Positions 39,969 to 47,788 of a DNA stretch of 51,545 nt are shown in pieces. This DNA comes from an uncultured Alphaproteobacteria bacterium (GTDB lineage: Bacteria > Pseudomonadota > Alphaproteobacteria > Micavibrionales > SZUA-601). A program made the position numbers and the translations under genes. The stretch's first letter is position 1, and each line of letters begins with the position of its first letter. The stretch lies in NCBI GenBank assembly GCA_965651535.1, contig CBFGSX010000001.1:1-51545 (forward strand). Direction: 5' to 3'. The notes below the pieces were generated by a model that worked only from the letters and a program-made list of their open reading frames with translations, ran no database searches and was not told where the DNA came from.

Positions 39969-41996
39969 CTAGGCGGTGTAGCGGTTGAGAACGTGCCACG
40001 CGCCGCCGTCGGACATGAGCGTGATGGCGTGATAGCGCGCGGTCAGGGTTTTATTCGCGCCGTCCGGGCCGCTGCCGCCGCTTTCCGAAACGGTGACGGC
40101 GTTGCCCGAGGCGTCGGTTTTCTTGATCGTCAGCAAGCGTCCGACGGATTGCGCCGCGTTGGCGGGCGGCAATTCGACGGTGACTGCCCCGCCCGAGGCG
40201 CTGACAAGGTGCAAACGCCGGGTGACATCCGGCACATAGGTGGACACGCCGTCCACATAATGCGCGTTGCGCGGCATGACGCTGCTGGACAGGGTGCGCC
40301 ACGATCCGCCGTCGGAAAAAACGATCGCGACATCGTGCTGCGCGCCGAGGCGGATCGTCTTGCCGTCGGGGCCGGGGCCGCCGTCTTCGGTGATGAGGAC
40401 GGCGTTGTTCGAGGCGTCGTATTTCTTGACCAGAATGACCGCGCCCGCATTGGAGGTTGCGGCGGCCGGCAATTCGACGGTGGTTTCGCCGTTGGTGGCG
40501 TCGACGATGTAGACGGATTTGCTTAAATTCACTTCGGCGGTGTTCGGCTCGCCGAAAGCGACGGACTCGACGCCGAAGCGTAACTGGCCGATGGTCGCGT
40601 CGTCGATATGGCTGCGCTGGAGCTTGTTCTTGTGCGGGAAGCCGGCGTTATAGGCCGTGTATTGCCCGCCGGAATTGTCCAAAATCGCCGGGCCGTCGCT
40701 GTTGGAATAAAGATTGAGGATTGAGGTTTCGATCGAGCCGCTATCGAGCTGGATATTCGGCACGCCGTTCGAACCTTCGCATTGCAGATTGACGATCAGC
40801 GTCTTGTCGCTTTGCCCGCCGATGCGAAAACACGCCACGGCATCGTCGCCGACGGAAGCTTCACAATTCACGAAAGCGTTGTTGTATTTCGCGTTCTCGG
40901 GGAAAAACGCCGCGCCCGTCAACGCGTCCGACGTGACGCGGATCTGGACGAAGCCATTGGACGAGGGAAACGCGCCGATCGAGGATTTGATGATATGCAC
41001 GCCGTTAAGCGCGGCGTCTTCGATGGCGATATCCGCAAAGCGGTTGCCTGCGCAGGGCTTGGCGGGATCGTCATAGCCGTCGAGCAAGATCCCCGTCTGC
41101 GCGTTGCGGATGACAAGGTTTTGCGCCGCGTTATCCGTGCAGGGCGACGCACCGCCGTAGAAAATCAATCCGGCATCGCCGTTTTCGACGGCAAAATCGC
41201 GTAAGGTATTCTTGCCGCCCGTTACCGCCAGCGCGTCAAAAGCGTTGGAGCTGGCCTTGATGACGGAGGACGCGCCCGCGCCGCAAAGTTTTTTCCCACC
41301 CGCCACATAAAGTGTGCCGGTGATGCGGTAAACGCCCGGCGGCAGATACACCGCGTCATGCGCGTCGAGCGCGTTTTGGATCGCGCCGAGGTCATCGTTG
41401 GCATCGTCGCCCAAAGCGCCGAAATCGCGCACCGAGACAATTTCCTTGGCTTTGACATCCAGGCCGCGCGGGATCGCGCCCGTGCCGCTTTGCGTGACCG
41501 TCGGCGTGGCATAGGTGTCGGCCGTTTCCAGCAGCGCGATCGCGCCATCATGGTCGAAGCCGAAAGCCTTGTTCGCGCGCGCCGCTTTGGCGGGCAATGT
41601 CGTCGCCGTGTCGTCGCCTTTTGGCAGGCGCAGCATGAAATTCTGGTCGAAGCTCACCTGTTGCAAGGCGGCGGCCTGATAATCGAATTCGTTGTTGAGT
41701 GCATTGGCCGCCAGCTCGCCGCCTTCGAGGAAATCCGACACGCGTTGCAGCGGCAAACGGCGCTCGAGCGCGATCACCGCGCCATTGGCGGGGGCGTTGT
41801 CGAAGATCACGCTGCCGCCCGTCGTGTTGCCCGCGCCGGTGACGGCATGGTTGTTCGTCTGCGGCGCGTCGTTGATCGTCACGGCCAGATCGCTGCTCTG
41901 GAAGATGGCGAAAGGATAGGTGAAGACGGTCTGCGCGCCGTTGCCCGTGTACTGGATGCACGGCGGCAGGTTCAGAATTTTGAGATGTTCGGTCAT
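39969..41996 (-). CDS. tail fibre/tailspike with pectate-lyase-like beta-helix and two C-terminal repeat modules
   Basis: N-terminus IQYTGNGAQTVFTYPFAIF (fibre adaptor-type). VRDFGALGDDANDDLGAIQNALDA...VYLPPGVYRI (Pectate_lyase_3-type). Two ~76-aa repeats LP.A....G....KK.DAS.NAV......GG.GPDG.......SDGG.W..L. Real start is ATG 41996; the 817-aa ORF-track form is an extension. Confidence 0.8.
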   Translation of the reverse strand: MTEHLKILNLPPCIQYTGNGAQTVFTYPFAIFQSSDLAVTINDAPQTNNHAVTGAGNTTGGSVIFDNAPANGAVIALERRLPLQRVSDFLEGGELAANALNNEFDYQAAALQQVSFDQNFMLRLPKGDDTATTLPAKAARANKAFGFDHDGAIALLETADTYATPTVTQSGTGAIPRGLDVKAKEIVSVRDFGALGDDANDDLGAIQNALDAHDAVYLPPGVYRITGTLYVAGGKKLCGAGASSVIKASSNAFDALAVTGGKNTLRDFAVENGDAGLIFYGGASPCTDNAAQNLVIRNAQTGILLDGYDDPAKPCAGNRFADIAIEDAALNGVHIIKSSIGAFPSSNGFVQIRVTSDALTGAAFFPENAKYNNAFVNCEASVGDDAVACFRIGGQSDKTLIVNLQCEGSNGVPNIQLDSGSIETSILNLYSNSDGPAILDNSGGQYTAYNAGFPHKNKLQRSHIDDATIGQLRFGVESVAFGEPNTAEVNLSKSVYIVDATNGETTVELPAAATSNAGAVILVKKYDASNNAVLITEDGGPGPDGKTIRLGAQHDVAIVFSDGGSWRTLSSSVMPRNAHYVDGVSTYVPDVTRRLHLVSASGGAVTVELPPANAAQSVGRLLTIKKTDASGNAVTVSESGGSGPDGANKTLTARYHAITLMSDGGAWHVLNRYTA

Positions 41997-42006
41997 GGAA
42001 GCTCCG

Positions 42007-42471
42007 TTACTTGAGGAAAGAGGCGAGCGTGCCGACCGCGCTGTCGCGCGCGCGGGACGAAGCGCCTTGCAGGCTGAGAAGATTCTTGCGGCGCTTGGCG
42101 GCGGCATCCTGATCGATGGCGGCGCGCTTGAGCGCGTCGAGACGGCCGCGATAATCGCGCTCGGCCTCGGATTCCTTGAGCAGGCCCAGCAGCACCGCTT
42201 CGCCCGAGCCGTCGGACATATCGATGCCCTGCGCGGCGAATGTCGCGCGCTGTTTTGCCGTGGCGCGGCGCAAGGCCTCGCGGCGCTTGCGCGTTTCTTC
42301 GGCGCTTTCCAGCGCCAGCTTCTCGTATTCCGTGGCGGATTTGGCGGCGATGTCCTTTTCCGCCGCGTCATATTGTTTTTTCGCGGCGCGATACGCGCCC
42401 GCCGTGTCCGAGTAGCCGCCATACAGGCCGGTCAGACTCAACACGTTCGAGATCGGATTGAAACCACCCAT
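42007..42471 (-). CDS. hypothetical virion-associated protein (154 aa)
   Basis: Ala/Lys/Arg-rich helical protein. The only ORF in the slot where T7-like phages encode internal core proteins. ATGA overlap with the upstream gene. Confidence 0.45.
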   Translation of the reverse strand: MGGFNPISNVLSLTGLYGGYSDTAGAYRAAKKQYDAAEKDIAAKSATEYEKLALESAEETRKRREALRRATAKQRATFAAQGIDMSDGSGEAVLLGLLKESEAERDYRGRLDALKRAAIDQDAAAKRRKNLLSLQGASSRARDSAVGTLASFLK

Positions 42472-44378
42472 CAGTTGTTCACCTTCAGTTCCATGGTTGC
42501 GCCCAAGATCGAGCAGGGCAGGGGAAGATTTTGTTCGATGCGCCAGAGCGGCTTGGTGCCGTCCGACGTCCAGCCGAAAGCGCGCACCGACAGATCGCCC
42601 GTGAAAAGCGGCGGCGTCTCGTCGAGATGCTGGCGGCCCAGCGTGCGCAGCGGAATGTCTTTCAGGCCGCGCCCCGTATCGACCGTCAAGGCGCGCGTCT
42701 CGTGCAGGCGGAACACCGCGCGCACCAGCCGGAAATTGCGCCCCGCCCCGTCGAGATTCAAAATTCCCGGCGGCAGCGGCGTGACGCGGTGCGCGTAAGG
42801 CAAGCCGACGGTCACTTGCCGTGATGGCTTTTCCAAAGTGATCTGGTTGTTGGTGACGAAGACGTCTTCATAAATCACGCCGTCGGCGATCACTGTGACG
42901 CTGCGGTTGTTCAGATGCTCGAGATTGCCCCACACGGCGACGGGGTTTTGCGTTTCGCCCGTCAGCGCGGAATCGAGAAACAGATTTTCCTCGAAACGTT
43001 CGATGAAATATAAATTGTTCTGGCGCTGCACGAGGGCATAGACATGGTTGCCGACCGTGGCGACGGCGTGGATATGCCCGTCGGTTTCGAGCCGCGACCA
43101 CGCAAAGACGCTTTCGGTGCGGTAAATGGTCAGCGCCGCCACCGTGCCGTCCTCGAGCGGCAGGAACAGCACGCGTTGCAGCGGGTCGAAGCATTGATCG
43201 ACGGGATTGCGGAACAAATGCCGCGACAACAGCGCCAGATCATTGGCCTGATAGGCCTGTTCGACATCGGCATAGAGAAACTCGCGCAATTCCGCGCCCG
43301 TGCGCCCGACAAAGATCGTCGCGCCGTCGACATCGACGGGCGGGATATGGCGGTGCATCACCGCGCCGATGCGCGTCTGGCGGTTGAGCTGGATGCTTGA
43401 CGGCGTGAGCGGAACGCCGGTGACGATCCATTCCGCGCCGGAGGTGAAAACTTGCAAATGCCGCCCTGAAAACAACGCGCGGATGGCGTTGATCTGGTCG
43501 GAGAACAAACCGAATTCGATGGCATCAGAGTCGAGGCCCGTGCCTTTGTCGAAATTCCACAAATCGCCGCTTTGCGAAAACCACAAACGGTTGGGCAGAT
43601 CGCGCGACCCGCCGATGACGAGCCTGTCCTGGTGGAAGACCGCCGAAGACGGCCAGCCGCGCACGGGCGAAAAAGCCGGCTCGTGCCAGTCGACGGTCGG
43701 GTCGGTATTGGCCAATGTTTCGATGACATTCGCCTCGACGACGGTCGGCGATAAAACGGCGGTGATGCGCACTTCCTTGTTGCCGACGCGCAGCCGCAGC
43801 CCCGCATGGCCGGATTCGAAAATCGTGGTGCTGGCGGTCAAGGTGATGTCGCCGCTGGTAGCAGAGGGCGCGATCGTCACCGTCTCGGCGGCGAATTTGT
43901 AATAGGGTTGCAGCACCACATCGGCATCGTCGGCGCGCGCGAAATCCCAATCGGCCAATGTCCAGAGCGTGTCCGATTGCCGCAGCAATTTCTTGGGCTT
44001 GACGTCCGGGTGCATCAATAAAAGCGTATCGGCGCTTTGCGCCCATGTCAGACTGGCCAGCTGCGCCAGCGTCCACGGTGTAGCCAGCGATGCGACCATC
44101 AGCCCGTCTTTATAGACGCGCAGATTCTGGTGCGTCAGCACCAGCAAATAGGTTTGCTCGGCGTTGAACTCAAAGGTCAGCAATCGACCCTTGCCGGGGG
44201 CGGTGTCGACGTAATACGTGCCGCGGCGGCGCGAAAGCCCGCCCGTCGGATGAAGGATGACGTTGCGCAATTCGGCGGCGCCGTTCTCATAGGCGCGCAG
44301 ATCGCCGCGCCCCAAAAGCTGCGGCGAAATTTCCCCGGCGGTGAAATTGGTTTTAACGAGACGCATTTTCGACATCAC
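42471..44378 (-). CDS. tail tubular protein B-like (nozzle)
   Basis: 635 aa. N-terminus KTNFTAGEISPQLLGRGDLRAYENGAAELRN. Position after the tubular A-like gene with a 4-nt overlap. Assignment rests on position, size and remembered similarity. Confidence 0.6.
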   Translation of the reverse strand: MMSKMRLVKTNFTAGEISPQLLGRGDLRAYENGAAELRNVILHPTGGLSRRRGTYYVDTAPGKGRLLTFEFNAEQTYLLVLTHQNLRVYKDGLMVASLATPWTLAQLASLTWAQSADTLLLMHPDVKPKKLLRQSDTLWTLADWDFARADDADVVLQPYYKFAAETVTIAPSATSGDITLTASTTIFESGHAGLRLRVGNKEVRITAVLSPTVVEANVIETLANTDPTVDWHEPAFSPVRGWPSSAVFHQDRLVIGGSRDLPNRLWFSQSGDLWNFDKGTGLDSDAIEFGLFSDQINAIRALFSGRHLQVFTSGAEWIVTGVPLTPSSIQLNRQTRIGAVMHRHIPPVDVDGATIFVGRTGAELREFLYADVEQAYQANDLALLSRHLFRNPVDQCFDPLQRVLFLPLEDGTVAALTIYRTESVFAWSRLETDGHIHAVATVGNHVYALVQRQNNLYFIERFEENLFLDSALTGETQNPVAVWGNLEHLNNRSVTVIADGVIYEDVFVTNNQITLEKPSRQVTVGLPYAHRVTPLPPGILNLDGAGRNFRLVRAVFRLHETRALTVDTGRGLKDIPLRTLGRQHLDETPPLFTGDLSVRAFGWTSDGTKPLWRIEQNLPLPCSILGATMELKVNN

Positions 44379-44941
44379 CGCACCGTAATCAGGTTGAAGT
44401 CGTCGAAGCCGTTCGGGGTGTCGGAGGCTGCGTCGATGCGGCGCGCGCGCTCCAACTCGCTTTCGGCGAGGCGGTAGAGAAAATTCGCGCGGGAGGTGTC
44501 CTCGGTCAGCGGCAGGCAGAACTCGGCGGCGAGCCGGGCGATCAGCGCGGCTTCAAAATAGGCGGGCGCGGTCTCGTCATCGGGGCGGAAAATATAGGAC
44601 AATAAAATATCGGCGCTGTCGGTGTGGAGCGTGTCGCCGACGCGGCGATAGACGACACCCCGCCCCGATCCGCCAACGCCGACGGATAAAATACGCAAAC
44701 AATCGGAGGGCAGTTGAAAGGCGTGGGAAAAATCGGCAAGCGGTGCGGCGTTCAGTTGCGGCAGCGCCATCTGACCGCGCGCGAAACGCCACGGATAGGC
44801 CGACAACATCGCGTCGCGGGTCGGCTCGTAAAATGCGAGCGCGATTTCGGCTTCGGCGCGGTCGTCGTAGAAACTTTGGATGGGCTGCGCGCCGATTTTC
44901 AAAAGGGCGCGGCTGCACAGCGCGACGGGGGAAAGCGGCAT
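44375..44941 (-). CDS. tail tubular protein A-like (adaptor)
   Basis: 188 aa. ALLKIGAQPIQSFYDDRAEAEIALAFYEPTRDAMLSAYPWRFA resembles podovirus gp11-type adaptors. Position between capsid and the tubular B-like gene. Confidence 0.6.
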   Translation of the reverse strand: MPLSPVALCSRALLKIGAQPIQSFYDDRAEAEIALAFYEPTRDAMLSAYPWRFARGQMALPQLNAAPLADFSHAFQLPSDCLRILSVGVGGSGRGVVYRRVGDTLHTDSADILLSYIFRPDDETAPAYFEAALIARLAAEFCLPLTEDTSRANFLYRLAESELERARRIDAASDTPNGFDDFNLITVR

Positions 44942-44972
44942 GGTGTTTACTCTGGGTTGGACTTATTTATTT

Positions 44973-44998
44973 GCCCTATCGCTTTGCTGCTTGAGGGC
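44973..44998 (-). promoter_or_regulatory. conserved-loop hairpin, copy 1 (upstream of the tubular A-like gene)
   Basis: GCCCT-ATCGCTTTGCTGCTTG-AGGGC. Same 16-nt loop as 46415-46440 with a compensatory stem change. Confidence 0.5.
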
Positions 44999-45062
44999 GA
45001 CTAAAGTTGAAAGAGCCGGGGAATCGGGGGAGGAAACGAAACCCCGGCCCTCTCAGATATTC

Positions 45063-45091
45063 AGTATAGGAATATAATCCTAGACTGTCAA
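45063..45091 (-). promoter_or_regulatory. candidate internal sigma70-type promoter
   Basis: On the minus strand, TTGACA (45091-45086), 17-nt spacer, TATACT (45068-45063), about 120 nt upstream of the tubular A-like ATG. Confidence 0.4.
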
Positions 45092-45103
45092 GGGACGTTT
45101 TTT

Positions 45104-45226
45104 CTCCCTCTCCCCTTCGCGGGAGAGGGATGGGGAGAGGGGGCGGCACAAACAGAATCTGTCGCAACGCCCCTCTCCCGTCTCGGGCCTTCGGCCCTCG
45201 TCGACCTCCCCCGCCAGGGGGGAGGT
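45104..45226. repeat. composite hairpin repeat (family S), copy 5
   Basis: CCCTCTCCCC-ttcgc-GGGAGAGGG, GGGGAGAGGGGG...CCCCTCTCCC, GACCTCCCCC-gcca-GGGGGGAGGT. Confidence 0.75.
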
Positions 45227-45232
45227 AATTTT

Positions 45233-45484
45233 TTACGCGGCCGGATAATCCGCGACCGTCACGACCCCGCTCGTCACCGAGGCGACGAACAAAAGTTTGT
45301 TCACTTGCGTGCCTCCGGTATCGACATTGGCGACGATCAAATCGCCCTTGCGCAACATATCGGACGCGGCGTCGAAATAATTCGCACCCGTTACGGCGGC
45401 GTTGTTATCGGTCGAGGTGTAGTGCCACAACGTAAAGCCGTTGGCATAGGACAACACACTCAGGTTTCTTGCTGCAAAAGTCAT
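45233..45484 (-). CDS. hypothetical phage protein (83 aa)
   Basis: AAGGAGA RBS. Between the capsid and tubular A-like genes. No domain recognised. Confidence 0.5.
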   Translation of the reverse strand: MTFAARNLSVLSYANGFTLWHYTSTDNNAAVTGANYFDAASDMLRKGDLIVANVDTGGTQVNKLLFVASVTSGVVTVADYPAA

Positions 45485-45512
45485 TTTTCATTCTCCTTGT
45501 ATGTGTCGGGGG

Positions 45513-46328
45513 TTATTCGTCGCATTTGATGACGACGACGCCGTTGCCTTCGATCAGGCCGGCGCCTTGCGACATCATGTTGTTGACGAAATGCGCGGCC
45601 TTGTCGCCGTGCCAGCTGATATCCGTCTGGATATCCGCGCCGACCGCGTGGCCGATGGCGGATTTGTGATACCAGAAACAGTTGCGCACGCCGGTGTCGA
45701 TCGGCAATCCCGAATGCGGGATCCACAACGTGCCCAGCCAGCGCTTAGCTTGCGTGGAGACAAAAGGCAGCTGATCGGTGCCGACGTAATCGGCGCTGGC
45801 GAATTCCTTCAGGCCCAGCAGTTCCGACCATTGCTTCCAACCGACGACGGCGGTGCGTTCGCCGTCATCCGGCACGTCCTGCGCGCCGAGCAATTCCAGC
45901 GCTTCTTCGATTTTTTCCATCGTCATGCCGGTGGAGCCATGCGCGATGTCGTTGGTCGAGGCGTTCAGCGCGGCGATGATCAGCTCGTCCGATTTGCGGC
46001 CCAGCGCATAGGCGCCGGCATTGGCGATGACCTGGCGCTCGTCGATGTTGACTTTCAGCTCGTCGAGTTTATCGACCCAGTCGCCGGCATAGTAATCGGC
46101 CAGCGTGACCTCGATCGCAGAATGGTCGAGATTCATGACGGGCACGTTGCCGTGACGCGATTTGGTCGCGGCAATGCCTTTGCCGACTTTCTGGAAGGTC
46201 GTCGAGCTGCCGATCACGCCCGATTTGCTGCGGACGGTGCTGCGCAGTTTGCTGCCCATGCGTTGATAGGATTCGAAAACTTCGCTTTCGAATTGTTTGA
46301 CAAAGGCTTGTGTAATGGAGGTGGCCAT
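45513..46328 (-). CDS. major capsid protein
   Basis: 271 aa. Position after the scaffold gene. N-terminus ITQAFVKQFESEVFESYQRMGSKLRSTVR and overall pattern resemble small podovirus capsid proteins. AAGGA RBS. Confidence 0.75.
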   Translation of the reverse strand: MATSITQAFVKQFESEVFESYQRMGSKLRSTVRSKSGVIGSSTTFQKVGKGIAATKSRHGNVPVMNLDHSAIEVTLADYYAGDWVDKLDELKVNIDERQVIANAGAYALGRKSDELIIAALNASTNDIAHGSTGMTMEKIEEALELLGAQDVPDDGERTAVVGWKQWSELLGLKEFASADYVGTDQLPFVSTQAKRWLGTLWIPHSGLPIDTGVRNCFWYHKSAIGHAVGADIQTDISWHGDKAAHFVNNMMSQGAGLIEGNGVVVIKCDE

Positions 46329-46414
46329 TGTTGTTTTCCTTGTTGAAAAGAGTCATAAGGATGCCGTTCGCGTTTGCCCGATACGGGACGCGTTAGACAG
46401 TTTGTTTTATTTTT

Positions 46415-46440
46415 GCGCTATCGCTTTGCTGCTTGAGCGC
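46415..46440 (-). promoter_or_regulatory. conserved-loop hairpin, copy 2 (upstream of the capsid gene)
   Basis: GCGCT-ATCGCTTTGCTGCTTG-AGCGC. Confidence 0.5.
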
Positions 46441-46516
46441 AGTTTTTCCGGCGGCTGGGCCGTTATCGGAGGAGAAAGGGGCGCGAAATCGCGCTTGTCC
46501 TTTGGATTTTTTTAGA

Positions 46517-46694
46517 TTGAAACGCAGAGCTAGACAGAGAAAAACAGGGCGTCCTGCGATAACGTCTCCCCCCCCCATTGTCATTCCTGCGAAAGCAGGA
46601 ATCCACAATCATTATGAGGATGGATGCCAGCTTTCTCTGGCATGACGGTTTAGGAGAGTTTCTCTGTCTATCTCTGTCTGGCTCTGCGTTTCAA
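46517..46694. mobile_element. MITE-like element, copy D (178 bp) with a nested family P1 REP
   Basis: TTGAAACGCAGAGCTAGACAGAGA ... TCTCTGTCTATCTCTGTCTGGCTCTGCGTTTCAA. The interior contains GTCATTCCTGCGAAAGCAGGAATCC. Lies between the scaffold and capsid genes. Confidence 0.8.
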
Positions 46695-46706
46695 AAATTT
46701 AATTCC

Positions 46707-47393
46707 TTATTCCCGTTCGGCGAAGACCTGACGGAAGCCGTCCGAGACTTTCCGGACGAAAGCCGGGTCTTTCTCGCGCCAGTATTTCGGATCTTTCATC
46801 AGGGCGCGCAAAGCGGCGGCATCAAGCGCGGGTGCTTCGTCGGCCTGCTGCACGGCGAGCGGCTTGCCCGATTGCATCATTTTATACAGCGCCATCACGC
46901 CTTCATACGAGGTGGCAAGGCCTTCGAGCACGTCAGCGGGCAGGTTCTTGCGGCCATAGGCCAGTAATTGCCGCGCCGTTTCGGCATAGCGTTCCTTGCC
47001 GCCGAAAGCGTCGATCAGGCGGTCGAGCTGGCGCTCGGCCTCGAATTCGCGCGCGATGTCCAAAACCAGCGGCACCATATATTCGGCGGCAAGGTCGTAG
47101 AGGAATTGCGCTTGCGCCTGGGTGAAGCCGTTCTCGAACAGTTTTTTGTTGATCTCGTCGTCCTGCGTGAACATTTCGTGGCGGATTTCGATTTTATAAT
47201 CCTCGGGTTTTTCCGGCACGCCGAGGAAGTCGAGAATTTTGCCGCGGTCGAGTTTCGACGGGTCGTTGGCCGCCGCCAGTTTCTTTTCCAGCTCGAGATA
47301 GGATTTCAGCAGCGCGTCGGCGCGGATCTGTTTCGTTTCCTTGTCGAGGAATTTTTCGGGAATGGCGGGGGTGTCTTCAAGCAGATTGTCCAT
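46707..47393 (-). CDS. capsid scaffolding protein
   Basis: 228-aa acidic helical protein between portal and capsid. ATG 47393. The ORF-track N-terminal extension runs through a family S repeat. Confidence 0.6.
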   Translation of the reverse strand: MDNLLEDTPAIPEKFLDKETKQIRADALLKSYLELEKKLAAANDPSKLDRGKILDFLGVPEKPEDYKIEIRHEMFTQDDEINKKLFENGFTQAQAQFLYDLAAEYMVPLVLDIAREFEAERQLDRLIDAFGGKERYAETARQLLAYGRKNLPADVLEGLATSYEGVMALYKMMQSGKPLAVQQADEAPALDAAALRALMKDPKYWREKDPAFVRKVSDGFRQVFAERE

Positions 47394-47433
47394 GATGGGT
47401 CTCTTTTCTTTCTGGGTTGGTAGTAAAATATTT

Positions 47434-47536
47434 CCCCCTCTCCCGCCCGTGCTTCGCAGGGCGACCTCTCCCGCAAGGGGAGAGGTATTTCTTGGGCTCC
47501 CTCCCCCCTCGCGGGGGAGGGTCGGGGAGAGGGGGG
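47434..47536. repeat. composite hairpin repeat (family S), copy 6
   Basis: Same architecture and orientation as 37939-38036. Confidence 0.8.
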
Positions 47537-47542
47537 TATGAT

Positions 47543-47788
47543 TCATGGTTGTTTCCCCTTGGCGGTCATTTGACAGATGAAAAGGACAAGCTGTCTTTGT
47601 CCGTCAAGGAAATGCAGATGATTGTCGGGAATATTCGGATCGTTCACGCGGAACACGGCGTAGGCGTGCAGATGTTCCAGAACGGTTTTACCGTCCGCAG
47701 TTTCAAACAGTCGCGCATAGGCGCGGGCGATGTCGTCGGCTTCGCGCGGCTTGGCGGCAAATTTCGATAGGGCGGAGAAAAAGCTCAT
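47543..47788 (-). CDS. Bbp19-like small phage protein (81 aa)
   Basis: FETADGKTVLEHLHAYAVFRV...LHFLDGQRQLVLFI resembles the Bbp19 family of Bordetella podophage BPP-1 (from memory). ATGA overlap with the portal stop. Confidence 0.5.
   Translation of the reverse strand: MSFFSALSKFAAKPREADDIARAYARLFETADGKTVLEHLHAYAVFRVNDPNIPDNHLHFLDGQRQLVLFICQMTAKGKQP

Noticed and set aside
39969-42422. 817-aa version of the tail-fibre ORF and 740-aa version of PBP2 (14385-16607) given by the ORF track.
   Set aside because: The N-terminal parts overlap the upstream genes (ORF 42007-42471 and mreD) in another frame and are Arg/Ala/Pro-rich. Internal starts with RBS and 4-nt coupling (41996; GTG 16226) give proteins that begin at the conserved N-termini.
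39969-47788. Diversity-generating retroelement, suggested by the Bbp19-like gene (BPP-1 relative) and the repeated C-terminus of the fibre.
   Set aside because: There is no reverse transcriptase or Avd-like gene and no template/variable repeat pair. The two fibre repeats are only about 35% identical at protein level and do not show adenine-specific differences.
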